DNA of 64,000 nucleotides from a virus (Duplodnaviria; Heunggongvirae; Uroviricota; Caudoviricetes): IMG/VR virus record IMGVR_UViG_2537562189_000009; one strand, 5' to 3'. Shown piece by piece: positions 40,078 to 49,957 of this stretch (position 1 is its first letter; each line of letters starts with the position of its first letter). The notes under the pieces were generated by a model. It saw only the letters and a program-made list of their open reading frames with translations, ran no database searches and was not told where the DNA came from. The position numbers and the translations under genes were made by a program.

Positions 40078-41343
40078 TTACTGGGCGTAATTCTGTTTCA
40101 GTCCACGGATAAACTGAGATGCAGATGAAGCACTTTCATCTCTGGCCTGTTCCCCCCTGGCCTTTTGAATACGGAGAAAATTCGCATACCCGTTCTCCAG
40201 CAATTTCTGATTCTGAGGTTCCAGCATTTCAGGCTGACGGGCCGCTACATTTCTGGCAAATGACAGCTTATCAGGATCATCTCCCGCCCAGTTGATAACC
40301 TGTTGCTGAAGTTTTTGTTGCTGAATTTTCTGTTGATGCGGTTGTGAACCAGTCGCAGCATAATATTCATCCACCGCAGCCTGAGCATTACCGCCATTCT
40401 TGATCGCGTCCGCCGCTACGTTGCTGGCCCCCTTCTGAAGCTCTTTCAGAGAAAGTCCCTGCTGCTTCGGCATAAAATAACCATAATTTTTCGATATCTC
40501 TGCAAATTTGCTGCGATCCCTGACCTGAGCGATAGCCTTATCAACGGGTATCGCCAGCACGGTTTGATCATCAGGGTGCGCACTGCCGTATTCTGTTACA
40601 GGTTTATGCGCGGTGGAGCCATCGCTGTATGTGAGATCAAGGCCAATAAGTACGTACCCTTCCTGCTGCGCCGGTACGATACTGCCAATCCTGGCCTCTT
40701 TTATCGTTTTTTCCCCGGTTGAATCAGGCATGCCAATACGCTGTTGTAGTTCCGGGGCAAACACGCCGGAAAGCACATCGAGATTTTCCGGGGTATTCAG
40801 CGAAGCAATCGCCCTGTCCGGCTTATCATCAAAGATTTTCTGCAGGTTGTTCACGGCCTGACCCGCTTTCGCAGCATAGCCTACCGTTGACATCATCTTA
40901 AGCGGATTGGCGTCCGATAATTTACCGAACAGATGAGAAGCCGCATCATGGTCACCCGCATCAATCGCTTTTCCCAGCGCCGCCATCACAGGCTGATCGC
41001 GCGCCAGCATATCGTTATACTCAAGCCGTCGCTGGTTGTATTTCTGCAACTGGAGTCGTTGCTGTTCCATCCCCAGCGACGCATTCCGGTAATTCTGGTT
41101 GGCGTTAAACTCCCTTTCCTGCAGTGTGTAATTGCGGTCATCAACTTTGGCTCTGTAATCAAAGTTCCGCTGATCAACGTCTTTATTATGTTCAAACTGA
41201 GACTGCGCAAATTCAAAATCGCGCTCGTTATTTTTCTGTTGCTGAGCAAGCTGTGCTTCTCGCAAACCAAGCTCCTTACGACGGGTCATTGCCTGGTCAA
41301 CAGTGCTGAATCCGGCAAGTAACCCCTGTGCAAATCCGCTCAT
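40078..41343 (-). CDS. Hypothetical virion/ejection-module protein (421 aa)
   Basis: Q/N-rich ORF, co-directional and closely spaced with the giant ORF. Confidence 0.5.
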   Translation of the reverse strand: MSGFAQGLLAGFSTVDQAMTRRKELGLREAQLAQQQKNNERDFEFAQSQFEHNKDVDQRNFDYRAKVDDRNYTLQEREFNANQNYRNASLGMEQQRLQLQKYNQRRLEYNDMLARDQPVMAALGKAIDAGDHDAASHLFGKLSDANPLKMMSTVGYAAKAGQAVNNLQKIFDDKPDRAIASLNTPENLDVLSGVFAPELQQRIGMPDSTGEKTIKEARIGSIVPAQQEGYVLIGLDLTYSDGSTAHKPVTEYGSAHPDDQTVLAIPVDKAIAQVRDRSKFAEISKNYGYFMPKQQGLSLKELQKGASNVAADAIKNGGNAQAAVDEYYAATGSQPHQQKIQQQKLQQQVINWAGDDPDKLSFARNVAARQPEMLEPQNQKLLENGYANFLRIQKARGEQARDESASSASQFIRGLKQNYAQ

Positions 41344-41353
41344 TCACCACTCC

Positions 41354-41626
41354 TTAAAACAAAGCGCCTGCAATGCCGCCAATTACTGCACCAGCAACAG
41401 CGCCGACGGCTGTCCCCACTACCGGTACTGCTGAACCAACAGTCGCCCCGATAGTGGCCCCCGTACCAATGCCCGTACCGATATTCTGTTTTTTCTGAGC
41501 TTTCTGTTGAGCAGCCAGTTGTTTATTTGATGCCTCAATCTCTGTACGTCGTCTGTCTGCGTCACTTATTCCCTGTAATGCCTCACGCCGCGACTGATTT
41601 GCAATATCCAGTAAACCGTATCCCAT
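41354..41626 (-). CDS. Small Gly-rich membrane protein (90 aa)
   Basis: C-terminal GxxxG-rich hydrophobic segment GTGIGTGATIGATVGSAVPVVGTAVGAVAGAVIGGIAGALF. Confidence 0.5.
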   Translation of the reverse strand: MGYGLLDIANQSRREALQGISDADRRRTEIEASNKQLAAQQKAQKKQNIGTGIGTGATIGATVGSAVPVVGTAVGAVAGAVIGGIAGALF

Positions 41627-41635
41627 ATTGCCCCC

Positions 41636-42088
41636 TTACGCTGCCACCAGTTGTCCGCCAACACTCAGTTTCTGTCTTGCCGGTGCAGAAGCCCCCGTCA
41701 GAATATTCATCTGGCGATCCTGTTCGGCTTCACGGATACCATTTTTCGCACCTGCTATTGCCAGGGCATTACGTAACCCCAGCGTATTACTGTCGGGATT
41801 ATCCGGGCGGCTTACCCCGTATCTCGCCATCTGGTTATCCTGCGCCATCTGCGCTGTACGGAGACTGGAAGTGGCAAGGCCTCCCACCCGTGCAAGCTGT
41901 GGATTCATCAGACTGTTGTTCTCCCCAAGGTCAGCCAGCCTTGCTACACGGGGTAAATATCTGGTGCGCCAGTCGTCGTATTGCTGGCGGGTCAGCGCTG
42001 CGGATGTCTGCCAGTCCCCCTGAGGGCGGGCTGCTCCGGTATAACCGTATCTCGCACGTGTTTCGTATTTACCGTACTCCATAATCAC
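41636..42088 (-). CDS. Hypothetical virion-module protein (150 aa)
   Basis: ORF overlapping the upstream gene start by 4 nt. Confidence 0.45.
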   Translation of the reverse strand: MIMEYGKYETRARYGYTGAARPQGDWQTSAALTRQQYDDWRTRYLPRVARLADLGENNSLMNPQLARVGGLATSSLRTAQMAQDNQMARYGVSRPDNPDSNTLGLRNALAIAGAKNGIREAEQDRQMNILTGASAPARQKLSVGGQLVAA

Positions 42089-42741
42089 AGTCTCCAGTTC
42101 TGAGCCTGATGCTGAATGGCATTAGCGCCAGTGCCAGGTGTTTTAGCACCGCCACTTCCTCCGCTACCGCCAGCCTTATGCATCGCATATGCACCTGCCG
42201 CACCCAGACCAGCGCCAACAAGAGAGGCTCGCCCCTGCTGTTTCGTAAACGCCGCCTGTGCATCCGATTTAGCTTTTGCCAGACTGCTGTCTGCCAGAGA
42301 GTTAAAACTCTGTAACGCATCCGCCTTCTGACCAGAACCGAGAGCAGCAACATCCTGTAGCCCGGCAACATACTTATCTGCCTGCGATACCTGCCCCCGT
42401 GTGGTTGTGTCAATCTGCCCGGTTACCTGATCACTCTGGTTCGCATTCATTACCGCGTTAAAGCGACCACTGGACGGGTCAACACCGGACCGAGTGAGAT
42501 TACTTGCCAGCTCCTTCCGCGCTTCGCCAAACTGTTTTTGATACCCCAGATTTGTGGTGCCAGCAATATTGTCGTACTGCTGCTCACTGTTCAGGTCATC
42601 GACCTTTTCCATGAAGTTATCTTCAGCCGGGCGGAGGATATTTTTGTAATCCTGCCACCCTTTCCAGGCCACTTCTTCCTGTGCTATTTGCGCTGCTGTT
42701 GGTTTTACTTTGGTATCACCACCACCTTTACTTCCACCCAT
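42085..42741 (-). CDS. Hypothetical virion-module protein (218 aa), low-complexity
   Basis: Gly/Ser/Ala/Gln-rich ORF; first gene of the block. Confidence 0.45.
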   Translation of the reverse strand: MGGSKGGGDTKVKPTAAQIAQEEVAWKGWQDYKNILRPAEDNFMEKVDDLNSEQQYDNIAGTTNLGYQKQFGEARKELASNLTRSGVDPSSGRFNAVMNANQSDQVTGQIDTTTRGQVSQADKYVAGLQDVAALGSGQKADALQSFNSLADSSLAKAKSDAQAAFTKQQGRASLVGAGLGAAGAYAMHKAGGSGGSGGAKTPGTGANAIQHQAQNWRL

Positions 42742-42835
42742 AATGGCCCCCTGGATAATAAAAAAAACCTGCCGGAGCAGGGTCAGAATGTGAATTGCAA
42801 TGTTGGTTTAAACACGATGATGAAAACTGTGGCAG

Positions 42836-43213
42836 TCAGACCGCTATCCTGAACACCATGAAGCCATCCTCATCATCCGGCATTCGCTCAAAGCCCAGAC
42901 GTTTTCCCAGCCGGATAAATCCCCGCCTTGCCGTATGAAATTCAGCCCAACGTCCGCCAGCCAGACGGGTTAATGTCTTCACCTCCGGCAGATAACGCTC
43001 AACACTGTTACTCCCCGTACACACGCCCAGCAACACCAGAACATAAGGGATACCATCAGCACTGAGCACAGAACGCAGCACCAGAAAGCCATCAGGTGCC
43101 TCAAAACAAAACGCCTGCTTTTTAAAGCAGGCGTCTTTAACTTCATTCATAAATTCAGGGTTGCGGGAATTTCTCACCACACGCTGCATATACCGGAGAA
43201 TTTTTTCACTCAC
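42836..43213 (-). CDS. Hypothetical protein (125 aa)
   Basis: ORF between the Eib-like gene and the virion-module block; no motif recognised. Confidence 0.4.
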   Translation of the reverse strand: MSEKILRYMQRVVRNSRNPEFMNEVKDACFKKQAFCFEAPDGFLVLRSVLSADGIPYVLVLLGVCTGSNSVERYLPEVKTLTRLAGGRWAEFHTARRGFIRLGKRLGFERMPDDEDGFMVFRIAV

Positions 43214-43324
43214 ACTCTCACCACAAAAAAGAACAATGTGACTGTGCTGTGTCTTCAGCGACAGAAGGATGACGGAGAACGCTTCCGATAACCAACACGG
43301 CTGGCGTTCTCCGCAAAAAATAAA

Positions 43325-44536
43325 TTACCAGCCGACAGACATACCCGCAGCAACACCTGAACCGTTCTGGGTATCCCATGAAGCATTCAAACGTACAGCA
43401 GAATTTTCAGTGGTGCGGAAGTGCATACCTGCTGCGATAGCCTGCTCATCACGGTAGTTACTTGCAGCCATACCAAAGGAGTACGTTTTACCCTCAACAA
43501 CAGGAATGGCAGTCATCGCCATTGCTCCTGCAATACCTGCATCTGCACGTTTACGGTTTTTCTCCACCTCATCACGTAACTGACGGAATTGCTGATTAGT
43601 ACTACGCTCCAGGGTACTGACCCGGTTATCTGTGTAGGTATTAGCAGACTTCAGTGTCTGTGCATCACCCTGAATACGGGCATTCTCTTCTGCAATACGA
43701 TAGCGCTCTAACTGACCATAGGTTGCGGCATCCGCAGCCTGAACACCATCACGAAGCCCACCAATTACACGATTCCCCACATTTACTTCATCGGGGCGAG
43801 TGGTCTGAGAGTTAGCCCCTACAGCAACACTGTTCGTATGGTTTGCAATGGCGTTGTAACCGACAGCAGTGGCGTTTTCTCCGCCTGCTGTTGCCCCGCC
43901 ACCAACCTGAGTTTTACCTGTGCCCAGAGAAGACAGACGGGCGTGAATATCTGTTACATCTGCAGCAGAAAGACCAGTGTCAATAGTGGAGTCTAGCGGG
44001 TTTACAGACTTCATTTTAATTTCATAAATATATTCACTGATTTCAGGAACATGTCTTGAATACGTTTTTCCATCAGCGCCCACTGTCGTGACCACGCCTT
44101 CGCCATCTGCACTAAAGAGAATTTGATTGGTTTTTGTGTTTACAAAATAAGCTGTCTCATTCGCATAGTCATAATATGAGACAATTTCATTACTTCTCGG
44201 TGCCCGTAATTCTGTATTTGTTAACCCGGACTCGCCGTAATCAAACAGAGAATATTTTAAATATTTCCCTGCCGTATTTTGTATATTTACACTATCTGGT
44301 TGTTTTGTGCCTGCATTTACCACTTTTCCATCCAGATATGCTTTTCCTGAGAAGCCGAGGTCTTTCCAAAAATCAATTAAATTTTTATATTCATGTCCTT
44401 TCAACTGATCAACAGTCACTCCATAATATGAAGTGCCATTAATTCCAGAGGCGTCTGCTGCATATACGCCAGCAGAAAATACCGACAGGCTTAATGCTGG
44501 TATTAAAGCCAACAATAGCTTGCTTGCCTTTTTCAT
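43325..44536 (-). CDS. Trimeric autotransporter adhesin with YadA-like C-terminal anchor (Eib-like, 403 aa)
   Basis: Signal peptide, Gly/Ala-rich head/neck (GGGATAGGENATAVGYNAIANHTNSVAVGANSQT), coiled stalk, and C-terminal anchor ending ...AAGMSVGW; AT-rich flanks. Confidence 0.7.
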   Translation of the reverse strand: MKKASKLLLALIPALSLSVFSAGVYAADASGINGTSYYGVTVDQLKGHEYKNLIDFWKDLGFSGKAYLDGKVVNAGTKQPDSVNIQNTAGKYLKYSLFDYGESGLTNTELRAPRSNEIVSYYDYANETAYFVNTKTNQILFSADGEGVVTTVGADGKTYSRHVPEISEYIYEIKMKSVNPLDSTIDTGLSAADVTDIHARLSSLGTGKTQVGGGATAGGENATAVGYNAIANHTNSVAVGANSQTTRPDEVNVGNRVIGGLRDGVQAADAATYGQLERYRIAEENARIQGDAQTLKSANTYTDNRVSTLERSTNQQFRQLRDEVEKNRKRADAGIAGAMAMTAIPVVEGKTYSFGMAASNYRDEQAIAAGMHFRTTENSAVRLNASWDTQNGSGVAAGMSVGW

Positions 44537-44887
44537 GATGTGTACCCTTATGTTAAATCATGTTATAAATATGTTGACATTCGGAACGCAAATGTCTTCA
44601 GGGATACTACTCATAATAACAAGGCAAATAAAATATCAAAATCAATGGGTTAAGAAAAATTAATGATTAAAATCACAAGAATGCAATACGCATCAAAAAC
44701 TTACCCTAAATAACACCAGTATTACTCAGAAAAAACAAAACATTTTCTGTGGTTATTATTTACCATTGATAAATATTACCTCTCTCTGTCAGCCTGCATT
44801 GTATAAAACATACACTACAAACGGGTGCCATATCGGCTGAACCTCAGCAACCAGTTGACGGGGACTTTCGTCCCCGTCGCGGTTTTC

Positions 44888-45028
44888 CTACTGCTTACAC
44901 TGTAAGAACGCCGCAAACTCCGCTCCCCACAAATTCAGCCGGAACTCACACAGCGAACCGTGCAACATCCAGATAGTGAAGATAACCGTCATACAAATTG
45001 TGACGGTGATAAGCGATTTTTGCGACAT
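44888..45028 (-). CDS. Hok-family (HokA-like) type I toxin, 46 aa, absent from the ORF track
   Basis: MSQKSLITVTICMTVIFTIWMLHGSLCEFRLNLWGAEFAAFLQCKQ; SD AAGGAG 9 nt upstream of ATG at 45028; conserved hok pattern TM-helix...SLCE..R...E.AAFL. Confidence 0.6.
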   Translation of the reverse strand: MSQKSLITVTICMTVIFTIWMLHGSLCEFRLNLWGAEFAAFLQCKQ

Positions 45029-45259
45029 AGCGCTTGACTCCTTTTACAGAGAGGCGCTAACCTTCTACTTGCTTAAGGTATGATGATTAGGGCCTCGGGT
45101 TAACGTTAAGTTGACTCGGGGCCTTTCCACATCAGGCCTTCAGGTTCTCCCTCCAGCCATCAGCCGAAAGGCACCCACGCATAATTTACGGTTTTTGCCC
45201 TGTACGGGCAATAAAAAACCCGCCATCACAGCGGGTAGTAAACGGTTACCGGATACAGG

Positions 45260-45994
45260 TCAGAATTTCAGGCCAATGCCAGCAGTAACGCCACTCGTGC
45301 GCCAGTCGCCAGAGCCGGAACCTTCGTAAGCCACATCCAGTGTAACACTCTCATTCAGGTTAAACTGTGCACCTGCAGCCCACGCAAGGGAGGTTTTTTT
45401 CGTGCTGTTGCTTTCAGAAAATCCGCCACTACTGTTAATATTGTCCTTAATTTTCAGGTCAGCGCTAACTTTAGCAACGCCCATCCCTGCCATCGCATAT
45501 AAACTCATGTACTGATTAACCCGCCATGAAGGCCCCGCTAACAGACTCCAGTAATTCGCCCTGATATCCGTTCTGGCAGAAGCTGCCGGATTCTTAATCT
45601 TCCTGGTATGATCGGCTGACTGCACATCAATAAATGTCTGTGAGTTAGTGAGAGAACGCGTCCATGTAAAAGAGGTGATAACGCCAAAATCATCCGTTAT
45701 CTCGTAGCGATACCTGATATTAATGCCCTGTGGATTTTTATCCTTGCCTTCATATCCACTGACCCGACCATCTGTATATTCGCTCAATGAAGAAAAGTAG
45801 TTTCTGTTGACGAAATGACTGAAAGTCTCCCTGTTATGAGCAGTCGCATCCTTTACAAAATCCTTCAGTCCCGGAAACTGAAAGTGCGCATACCCCAGAG
45901 AAATTGTATGGTTTCCTTCTGCTGCATGTGCAGATAAATTTACACAGGCAATCCCGGAGATTGCACACACAACCAGTGTTGCTATACTCTTCAT
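45260..45994 (-). CDS. Outer-membrane beta-barrel protein, Ail/Lom/PagC-like (244 aa)
   Basis: Signal peptide, alternating aromatic/hydrophobic strands, C-terminal ...GIGLKF; position is typical for a phage lom moron. Confidence 0.6.
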   Translation of the reverse strand: MKSIATLVVCAISGIACVNLSAHAAEGNHTISLGYAHFQFPGLKDFVKDATAHNRETFSHFVNRNYFSSLSEYTDGRVSGYEGKDKNPQGINIRYRYEITDDFGVITSFTWTRSLTNSQTFIDVQSADHTRKIKNPAASARTDIRANYWSLLAGPSWRVNQYMSLYAMAGMGVAKVSADLKIKDNINSSGGFSESNSTKKTSLAWAAGAQFNLNESVTLDVAYEGSGSGDWRTSGVTAGIGLKF

Positions 45995-46084
45995 TTAAGA
46001 TATCCTGTATTCAGATAACACGCTAAACTTTTTAATAATACATCTTTTTAGACATTTTAAATGAATATTAAAGACTCGCTTCAA

Positions 46085-46702
46085 CTAATCATATACTGAT
46101 GTATTAATAACCAGGACCTTATCTATATACGGCTTTCGAATATCCCATGTTGCACCACCGGAATAATGCTCACAGGAATATATTTTATTTCCTGTAGCAC
46201 CAGTGGATGTGGTATAAATCGGTCGATCATAAGGAGTTCTTTTCCAGTTATAATACCCGACCAGTGCAGGCATGATTGCGCATGGATATCCAAGGTCCTT
46301 TTCAAATTTGATATCAACAGGTATTAACTTCGCGTCAAGCAGCATCATTTCGCCATGATAAATCATCTCACCGTCCGGGTTATACATGGCGATACCATAC
46401 TCAGAAGGTGGAGTAACCATATTCGCGAAAGCATAAACCGTCGTAACACCAGGGTTCGTTCCCCTGACAATTACATGAAGCCTTAGTGCATGATATCCAT
46501 CAATCTGTTCATGCGTGTACATGACATCGGCCTTCTTCTCTGTTCTGATAAAGAAAAAACAACTTTTGCCTGACGGGATTGATGTTTTAAAAAAAGACTT
46601 TTCAGTCGCCGGTATGGTGCCTTTGTTGATCAGACACTGCGGCGTAAAACCTGGACTTATCCATACGCTGCCATCCGGCTTCATAATGCTCAAACCATAC
46701 AT
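46085..46702 (-). CDS. Hypothetical protein with internal repeats (205 aa)
   Basis: Two copies of an (E)YG-x-(A/S)-(I/M)-x-N/K-PDG module; 5-nt gap to the upstream paralogous ORF. Confidence 0.4.
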   Translation of the reverse strand: MYGLSIMKPDGSVWISPGFTPQCLINKGTIPATEKSFFKTSIPSGKSCFFFIRTEKKADVMYTHEQIDGYHALRLHVIVRGTNPGVTTVYAFANMVTPPSEYGIAMYNPDGEMIYHGEMMLLDAKLIPVDIKFEKDLGYPCAIMPALVGYYNWKRTPYDRPIYTTSTGATGNKIYSCEHYSGGATWDIRKPYIDKVLVINTSVYD

Positions 46703-46707
46703 GACAC

Positions 46708-46986
46708 TTATCCCCAGAATGTATAAATATAAGATCCCATACCCTGCTCAAGATTCGACCACGTCACCGTATTGCCATTAATGGTTATCTTCGGTACTTT
46801 CCGATCCGCAAATACGTTATTCCAGGGAAATAAACAACATACAGCCTGCAATGATTTCCCGTCGGGTTTATTCGTGTACGTCTTTGAGCCAGACTCCGCT
46901 GTAAATCTGTCCAGGAAAAATACCGGAGTCAGCACGCCCGTAACATTAACGTTATTTCTGTTATAAATGGCAAAACCGTATTCCAA
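46708..46986 (-). CDS. Hypothetical protein (92 aa), paralogous module of the downstream ORF
   Basis: Begins MEYGFAIYNRNN..., the same module as in 46085-46702. Confidence 0.4.
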   Translation of the reverse strand: MEYGFAIYNRNNVNVTGVLTPVFFLDRFTAESGSKTYTNKPDGKSLQAVCCLFPWNNVFADRKVPKITINGNTVTWSNLEQGMGSYIYTFWG

Positions 46987-47000
46987 TACTCACCTCCTGA

Positions 47001-48269
47001 TCAGCGTAATCTGCCTATGCGAACAGCCAGTCGTCCATTCTGATCATAAACCTCAATTTTATCATTGCGGATCACCAGTCCTACATTCTGATTAGAGTAA
47101 CGAATTGTCAGTTGCCCTTGTGACGTAACACTGAAAAGGCCTCCAATATTCAGGTTACCCTGAGAATCAACCTGAAAGTTTCCGTTCTGAATAACGGCAC
47201 TCCGGATAACTGGCGAAGTGATACTTACCCCGGCTTTTACCTCATCCGCCACAACCTTCCGCGACACCAGTGTTTCAATCACCGCGTCATAAATCATCGC
47301 TTTCGGGATCACAACCTTGCCACCTGATACCGCAAACGGATAGGCGGTGTTATCCGGGTTGTTCGGGTCAAAGACAAACAACTGCGACGCAGAAATTGCA
47401 ACCTGACTTACAGGCCTGCCTTCACTGTCTTTTCCGGCGACAATCCCGATCCCCGCAGTGATACCATCAACTCCCGCTTTTTTTGACCACATTGCCAGAA
47501 ACGCCTCACCGCCTTCTTTATCCAGTTTAGTGATGCGCTTGTCGACCTCATTAAGCGATTCACTGGTTGATGAATCCAGTGTGCTAATGCGGGTTTCAAT
47601 ACCACCAATCGTTCTTGTCGTTTCTTCCCTGAGAGTCCCCACAACTTCGGTTGTCTTAATTGCAGCATCCTTTACAGCCTGCCCCTGCGCGTTTTTTATT
47701 TCTTTACGCAGCTCGGACACAACCGGCGACTTTGCAGCCTCATCGCGGATCTGGTCAATGATGGCCTTCACGCCGATCTGTGTTTGTGCCTGAGTGCCTT
47801 TTTCAGCATTCCATGGACCTTTCACTCCTGCCGCGTTAACAAAACGTATCCAGTAAAATCCCGACCAGCCAGGGTCAACCGGATCGCCGTAAACCTGCCC
47901 CGGCGTCGTGGCAACCAGCACTGCATCAGCAAGGTCATCCTCCGTACCCCGCCAGATTTCAGTCAGTGAATGTCCGCGATAATTAGGCATATCCCATTCA
48001 AGAAGAACCGAGCCAAATCCTCCTGTCGCCTTAAAATTCAGCGGTTTTGTGGGAAAATCAACAGTCATTAAAGTACTGTCAATCTCAATACCCGGATTCA
48101 GTGCATATGAGGCACCACCCGATGTTCGACGCCGGGCGAGTTTAAGACCAACCAGTTCCTCACGGGTCACAAATGCGTGGCGTCCGTCACCACGCTGCCC
48201 GGTGCCAATTTCCATGTTCTCCACAACTGTGGATAAATCCTTCCCCGCACGCCACGGTTTTCTGGTCAT
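47001..48269 (-). CDS. Tail fibre / host-specificity protein resembling the C-terminal half of lambda J (422 aa)
   Basis: FN3-like segment (LLEWDMPNYRGHSLTEIWRG...GFYWIRFVNAAGVKGPW) and ...QLFVFDPNNPDNTAYPFAVSGGKVVI... resembling J C-terminal regions from memory; start overlaps previous stop. Confidence 0.55.
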   Translation of the reverse strand: MTRKPWRAGKDLSTVVENMEIGTGQRGDGRHAFVTREELVGLKLARRRTSGGASYALNPGIEIDSTLMTVDFPTKPLNFKATGGFGSVLLEWDMPNYRGHSLTEIWRGTEDDLADAVLVATTPGQVYGDPVDPGWSGFYWIRFVNAAGVKGPWNAEKGTQAQTQIGVKAIIDQIRDEAAKSPVVSELRKEIKNAQGQAVKDAAIKTTEVVGTLREETTRTIGGIETRISTLDSSTSESLNEVDKRITKLDKEGGEAFLAMWSKKAGVDGITAGIGIVAGKDSEGRPVSQVAISASQLFVFDPNNPDNTAYPFAVSGGKVVIPKAMIYDAVIETLVSRKVVADEVKAGVSITSPVIRSAVIQNGNFQVDSQGNLNIGGLFSVTSQGQLTIRYSNQNVGLVIRNDKIEVYDQNGRLAVRIGRLR

Positions 48270-49957
48270 ACCGGCATCTCCGACATCGATGTACTCAGGG
48301 TTATTCGTTCCACCTGCCCGAATCCGGATACCATCACCTGCCAGTTTTGCCCGGTTGCTGCCGGAAGTCTCACCACACTTCCCTTAAACGTACCCGGCGC
48401 AAAATGAATCACAGGAACATCATCAGCCATAATGGTGATCCCCACCCGCTCAGGCGCCGGAGATTTCACCCTGATACAGGAAAAAGAGGTTCTTTCAGGT
48501 AATGAAAAAATTTTTGAATGCCACCTTATCGTGGAGGGCAGAGAGCCCCCGGCAAGCACTGACATTTTGTCTCCTGTCACCACGCGCATCATATCTTTCG
48601 CGAGATCAACCCATGCGCAGTCAAACGGTGTACTGAGATAACGGATATCCATGTTCACCGGACTGAATACAAACACATCCTGCTTACCATCCGGTTTCGT
48701 GTAACAGGCAATGTACTCACCACGCCAGGAATAAGCCACAATGGACGCCGGGTTAAACTGACTCTGCCACTGTTCAGGTGAAATAATCTTTTCCGTTGCC
48801 AGTGCTGTATTACCGTTTACATCAACAGATACCAGACCGTTTGTCCCAGCATAGAGTACGAATCCCTCCATCGCCACCATACTTCTTCGGCTCAGGCATG
48901 CCTGCATGGAAGGAATTCTGGAGCCAGAAATTGTGGAAGGCGATACACCACTGAACAGATAAGGCTCCCCCTTTGTCGCCACCACCAGTGACGTTCCCAG
49001 CGGACAGATAGCCACAATATCTTCTGCCGTCGTGTGACGATTCACTTCCGGCCATGCATACGGCAGATACGCTTCCGAAAACATCACTTCATTACCGGCA
49101 AACCCGGCGGCAATACCATTAGCCATCAGGCAAAGGCCTGTCATATTCTCTGGCGGCGGCAGGTAATCCCATGTCGCCAGAGAAGGTCCAAGGTTTTTCC
49201 CCGGTATTTTGTCCGTGTAACTGAGCACGGATGCATCCAGTTCAGCCACAAGTAAAAAATCCGCTTCTCCTCCACCTGATGCAGAGCGATAAATCCGGCG
49301 GCGTTTAATACTGGCATTCTGCAATGGCACCGGAGACAGCGTCAGCTGTACCGCAGTCCCCGGAGTACGGAGTGTTACCTCCAGAGACGCCGGACCTGGC
49401 GGACCTTCTTCACCATAATCTGAGACAAAGGTTTCCGTATAAAACCGGGTTTCGTCATCATTCGGGTTATCGTCAGAAACATCACCGCCCTGCTGAACAG
49501 TACAGACAGGTGCTGTCGTCGGCGCGGGGATCCCCAGACGATACGATGATGTCGGGTGATTCCCGTCCCCTTTTGTGGCAATGGTCGCATCCGTCACTTT
49601 AGGAAAACGCCCGTCAGTGTAGTAAATACGCCCGTGGGAGTCCTGAGCGACCGGACTGCGGATCACATCCACCACATCCGTCCATGCAAACCAGAAATCG
49701 TCACGGTAATGAAAAATGGTTTTCGGCTTAATCGCGAATGTTTTCTCAGCCTCTGACATCTGGTGTTCAGGCGTGATCACTCCATAGCGAAAATGACAGT
49801 TTTCTGCCAGTACAGCAGAATGATCTGGCAGCATAGATGCAATAACGCCTGGCATCATCCCGCGCATAGTTGTTATATCGATATAAGGCATGGTTGTCTG
49901 GTATCCGAAAATTTGAATGGCAGGTGAGTCACTGAATTGAAGTTTTAAAGGCGGCAT
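48266..49957 (-). CDS. Putative tail protein (563 aa)
   Basis: Translationally coupled to the J-like ORF; call is by position, no motif recognised. Confidence 0.4.
   Translation of the reverse strand: MPPLKLQFSDSPAIQIFGYQTTMPYIDITTMRGMMPGVIASMLPDHSAVLAENCHFRYGVITPEHQMSEAEKTFAIKPKTIFHYRDDFWFAWTDVVDVIRSPVAQDSHGRIYYTDGRFPKVTDATIATKGDGNHPTSSYRLGIPAPTTAPVCTVQQGGDVSDDNPNDDETRFYTETFVSDYGEEGPPGPASLEVTLRTPGTAVQLTLSPVPLQNASIKRRRIYRSASGGGEADFLLVAELDASVLSYTDKIPGKNLGPSLATWDYLPPPENMTGLCLMANGIAAGFAGNEVMFSEAYLPYAWPEVNRHTTAEDIVAICPLGTSLVVATKGEPYLFSGVSPSTISGSRIPSMQACLSRRSMVAMEGFVLYAGTNGLVSVDVNGNTALATEKIISPEQWQSQFNPASIVAYSWRGEYIACYTKPDGKQDVFVFSPVNMDIRYLSTPFDCAWVDLAKDMMRVVTGDKMSVLAGGSLPSTIRWHSKIFSLPERTSFSCIRVKSPAPERVGITIMADDVPVIHFAPGTFKGSVVRLPAATGQNWQVMVSGFGQVERITLSTSMSEMPV

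Noticed and set aside
47001-49957. The 563-aa and 422-aa ORFs as a non-structural system with its own promoter
   Set aside because: The 422-aa product shows J-like FN3 and distal fibre similarity, so a tail/host-specificity role is more parsimonious.
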